DNA of 64,000 bases from Octopus bimaculoides. Its lineage: Eukaryota. The notes beneath the pieces are model-generated. The model was not told where the DNA came from. It searched no databases and worked only from the letters and a program-made list of their open reading frames with translations. The position numbers were made by a program, and so were the translations under genes. The stretch lies in the NCBI RefSeq assembly GCF_001194135.2, contig NC_068996.1, positions 6,530,175-6,594,174 of the forward strand. Reading direction: 5' to 3'. This document shows, piece by piece, positions 61,446 through 64,000 of this stretch. Numbering within the stretch: position 1 is the first letter of the stretch; each line of letters opens with the position of its first letter.

Positions 61446-61802
61446 CCTTTTGTATTCCTTTTGATAACAAATTGTCTTATAAGTCTGTACTTATCAAGAC
61501 AATTGTATTTTAAAAATTCTCTTGAAAAACAGGCAAAGGTTTCTGATGGGAAGGACATCCAGTTATAAAATAATGCTTCAGTAATAAATATTTGTTCAAC
61601 CCATGTTAGTATGGAAAAATGGATGAATAAGTGTACACTCTGTAAAGTGGTTGACATTAGGAATGGCATCCAGCTGTAGAAACCATGTCGAAACTGACAG
61701 CACAGTTTGGCACAGTCCTCTGGCCTGTCAACTTCTGTCAAACTATCCAACCCATGCCAGCATGGAAAATGGATCTTAAATGATGATGACAGTGATAATG
61801 TA

Positions 61803-61833
<31 letters not shown>

Positions 61834-62166
61834 GCATGTGCATGCATGTATGTATAGTGAGAGCACATGATCTAGTGGTTAGGGTGTTGCACTCACAACC
61901 ATAAGATCATAGTTTCAATTCCCAGGCAGGTCAGTGCATTGTGTTCTTGATAAAACACTTCATTTTATGTTGTTCTGTAATCTCTTTGATATCTAATGCA
62001 TGGTACACCATGCACCTGTTCAGGCAACATCAGTTTGATGAAGTGGGTGAGCTAATGTGCAGCACAAGCATTTGATCACTATAAGCAAATCATTTGAGCA
62101 GGTTATTCATCAAGAAACTACAGAACCCTATTTTTTTAATTGAGAGACTACTATTAATGTTTATCA

Positions 62167-62395
62167 TTAACCCATTAGTATTTAAACCAGCCATATCTGG
62201 CCAAAATAGTTTACCCACTGCATGTTTAAACTGGTTGGATCCAACCTCTTGCACCTATCTGACAATGTCATTCTTAAAATAAACAATCAAATCACCAAAA
62301 TCTTGAAGACATGAGATAATGCATGATGATCTCAAAAGAATGTGAAGAAATAAGGATTTCATTTGACAGAATAATCTGAATGCTAAAGGGTTTAA
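62167..62395. mobile_element. piggyBac-like MITE, complete
   Basis: TTAA-CCCATTAG ... CTAAAGGG-TTTAA. Confidence 0.75.
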
Positions 62396-63179
62396 GGTAC
62401 AACTTTACATAATTAAAATTTCTTGGTACACTACATTTAGTATTTTAGTGTCCATGTTAGTGCTAGTACGTTGGTGGATTTTCATTATTCAGTGACAAGG
62501 ATGCAATTGTTTGTTTGATCAGCTGAATTATCTGCTCCTGAATTAGTGTCTAAGTGACTAAGCAGTTCACAGGTGCATGTGTCCTTAGTGTAACTCTCAT
62601 ATTGGATCAATGTGATACAGTGTATGTATAACAAGGCATTATCTTTTGAATTATAGGTTTTTAAACAATTTCACTCATCAAGGTATGGATTGATTTGGAG
62701 GCTATTGAAAATGACACCTGTCCTAGATAATATCCTGTAGTGGTTGGTGTTAGGTAGGGCATCTAGTTATAGAAAACATGCCAAAAATGGAATATAAGAA
62801 TGTAATCCCTGACCAATCTAGGAGGGCAGCACCTCTAGATAAGAACTAACTCAGCCAAAGACCACCCATTCAACACATGCTAGCATGGAAATTCAGACAT
62901 TGAAACATGATTCTTACATGTGTGTTTATATCTGTCTCTATCTATTTATCCACACATCCATTTGTCCATTCAACCATCTATCTGTTGGTCTGTCTGTATG
63001 TTTGTTTATACATTTAGCCATCCATCCACATCTGTCTATCTGTCTATCCATCTGTTATGTGTGTGTGTGTGCGCGCGCATGTGTTTTGCACGTGTTTACT
63101 TTTTTTCAAGCTTGTTATATTGAAGACAATATAACCTTTTATTGAAAATTGTTTTCATATTTCTTCATTTATATGCACA

Positions 63180-63800
63180 GATGTGGCTGTGTAGTAAGAA
63201 GCTTGCTTCCCAATCACATGGTTCTGGGTTCAGCCCCACTACATAGCACCTTGGGCAAGTGTCTTCTGCTATAGCATCGGGCTGACCAAAGTCTTGTGAG
63301 TGGATTTGGTAGACGGAAACTGAAAGAAGCCCATCGTATATATATATATATATATATATATNNNNNNNNNNNNNNNNNNNNNNNNNNNNNNNNNNNNNNN
63401 NNNNNNNNNNNNNNNNNNNNNNNNNNNNNNNNNNNNNNNNNNCAGGTGTGTTAATTTGATGCTTGGGAAAATGAAAGAAGTCTTTTACATTTTGAGCCTA
63501 CGCTCTCTAACAGAAAGGAATAAGAGAAAAAATAAACAGAGAGAATGAAAAGAAATGTGTAGATTTAGTGGTCAAGCTAATGTATGTATGTATCAGTGTG
63601 TGTGTTTTTGTGTCTGTGTTTGTCAGCCCATCACCACTTGATAACTGTGTTTACATCACTATTACTTAGTGGCTCACCAAAAGAGACCAATTGAATAAGT
63701 ACTAGGCTTAAGGATTAAGTCCTGGAGTTGATTTGTTCAACTAAAAAAAAGCCCTTTGAGGCAGTGCTCCAGCACGGCCACAGTCGAATGACTGAAACAG
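63180..63800 (+). mobile_element. SINE family B with a nested hammerhead-like repeat fragment (63445-63570) in its microsatellite
   Basis: Head 63180-63335, (TA)n and gap, insert, then 3' body 63590-63790. Confidence 0.7.
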
Positions 63801-64000
63801 GTCATTAGTTCCTTCAGTTTTTTGGGGTTTTTTTTTATGACAGTAACATTACTAAGTCTGTTAATTTTGAATGATGATGCCATGTTTGTAATAATCAAGC
63901 AGCTAGGGATAATTTTTTTTTTATATGCCTTAGTAAGAAACATACAAATATATTTAAGGAAACTTTACTTCAGCTATCACATTCAATCACAATGCTCCAT

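Overview
AT-rich, microsatellite-rich eukaryotic draft-assembly DNA with many N gaps, most flanked by (TA)n. The repeat repertoire points to an octopod (Octopus-like) genome; this is inferred from recognisable repeat families, not from a database search. Most of the window is transposable-element sequence: at least two RTE LINE lineages (a young family with a structured 3' UTR and (GAT)n tail, and a BovB-like lineage), R4/Dong-like and CR1-like LINE relics, three tRNA-headed SINE families, Tc1/mariner, hAT and piggyBac-like MITEs, and Penelope-like elements (PLEs). No long intact ORF is present; nearly all listed ORFs are microsatellite, gap or TE artefacts. Splice-site and phase analysis plus CpG depletion suggest two fragmentary minus-strand host genes that I cannot identify: gene A (promoter near 35-37 kb, probable ATG at 21007, running off the left edge) and gene B (about 57.4 kb to 41.5 kb). 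The most notable signal is a PLE whose 3' region carries a tRNA-like Pol III cassette followed by a minimal, dimer-type hammerhead ribozyme (806-850, minus strand). A second short copy (50857-51153) begins at the tRNA-like head, suggesting a PLE-mobilised, ribozyme-bearing SINE-like RNA. Further degenerate hammerhead-like motifs lie at 23.0, 23.6 and 63.5 kb.
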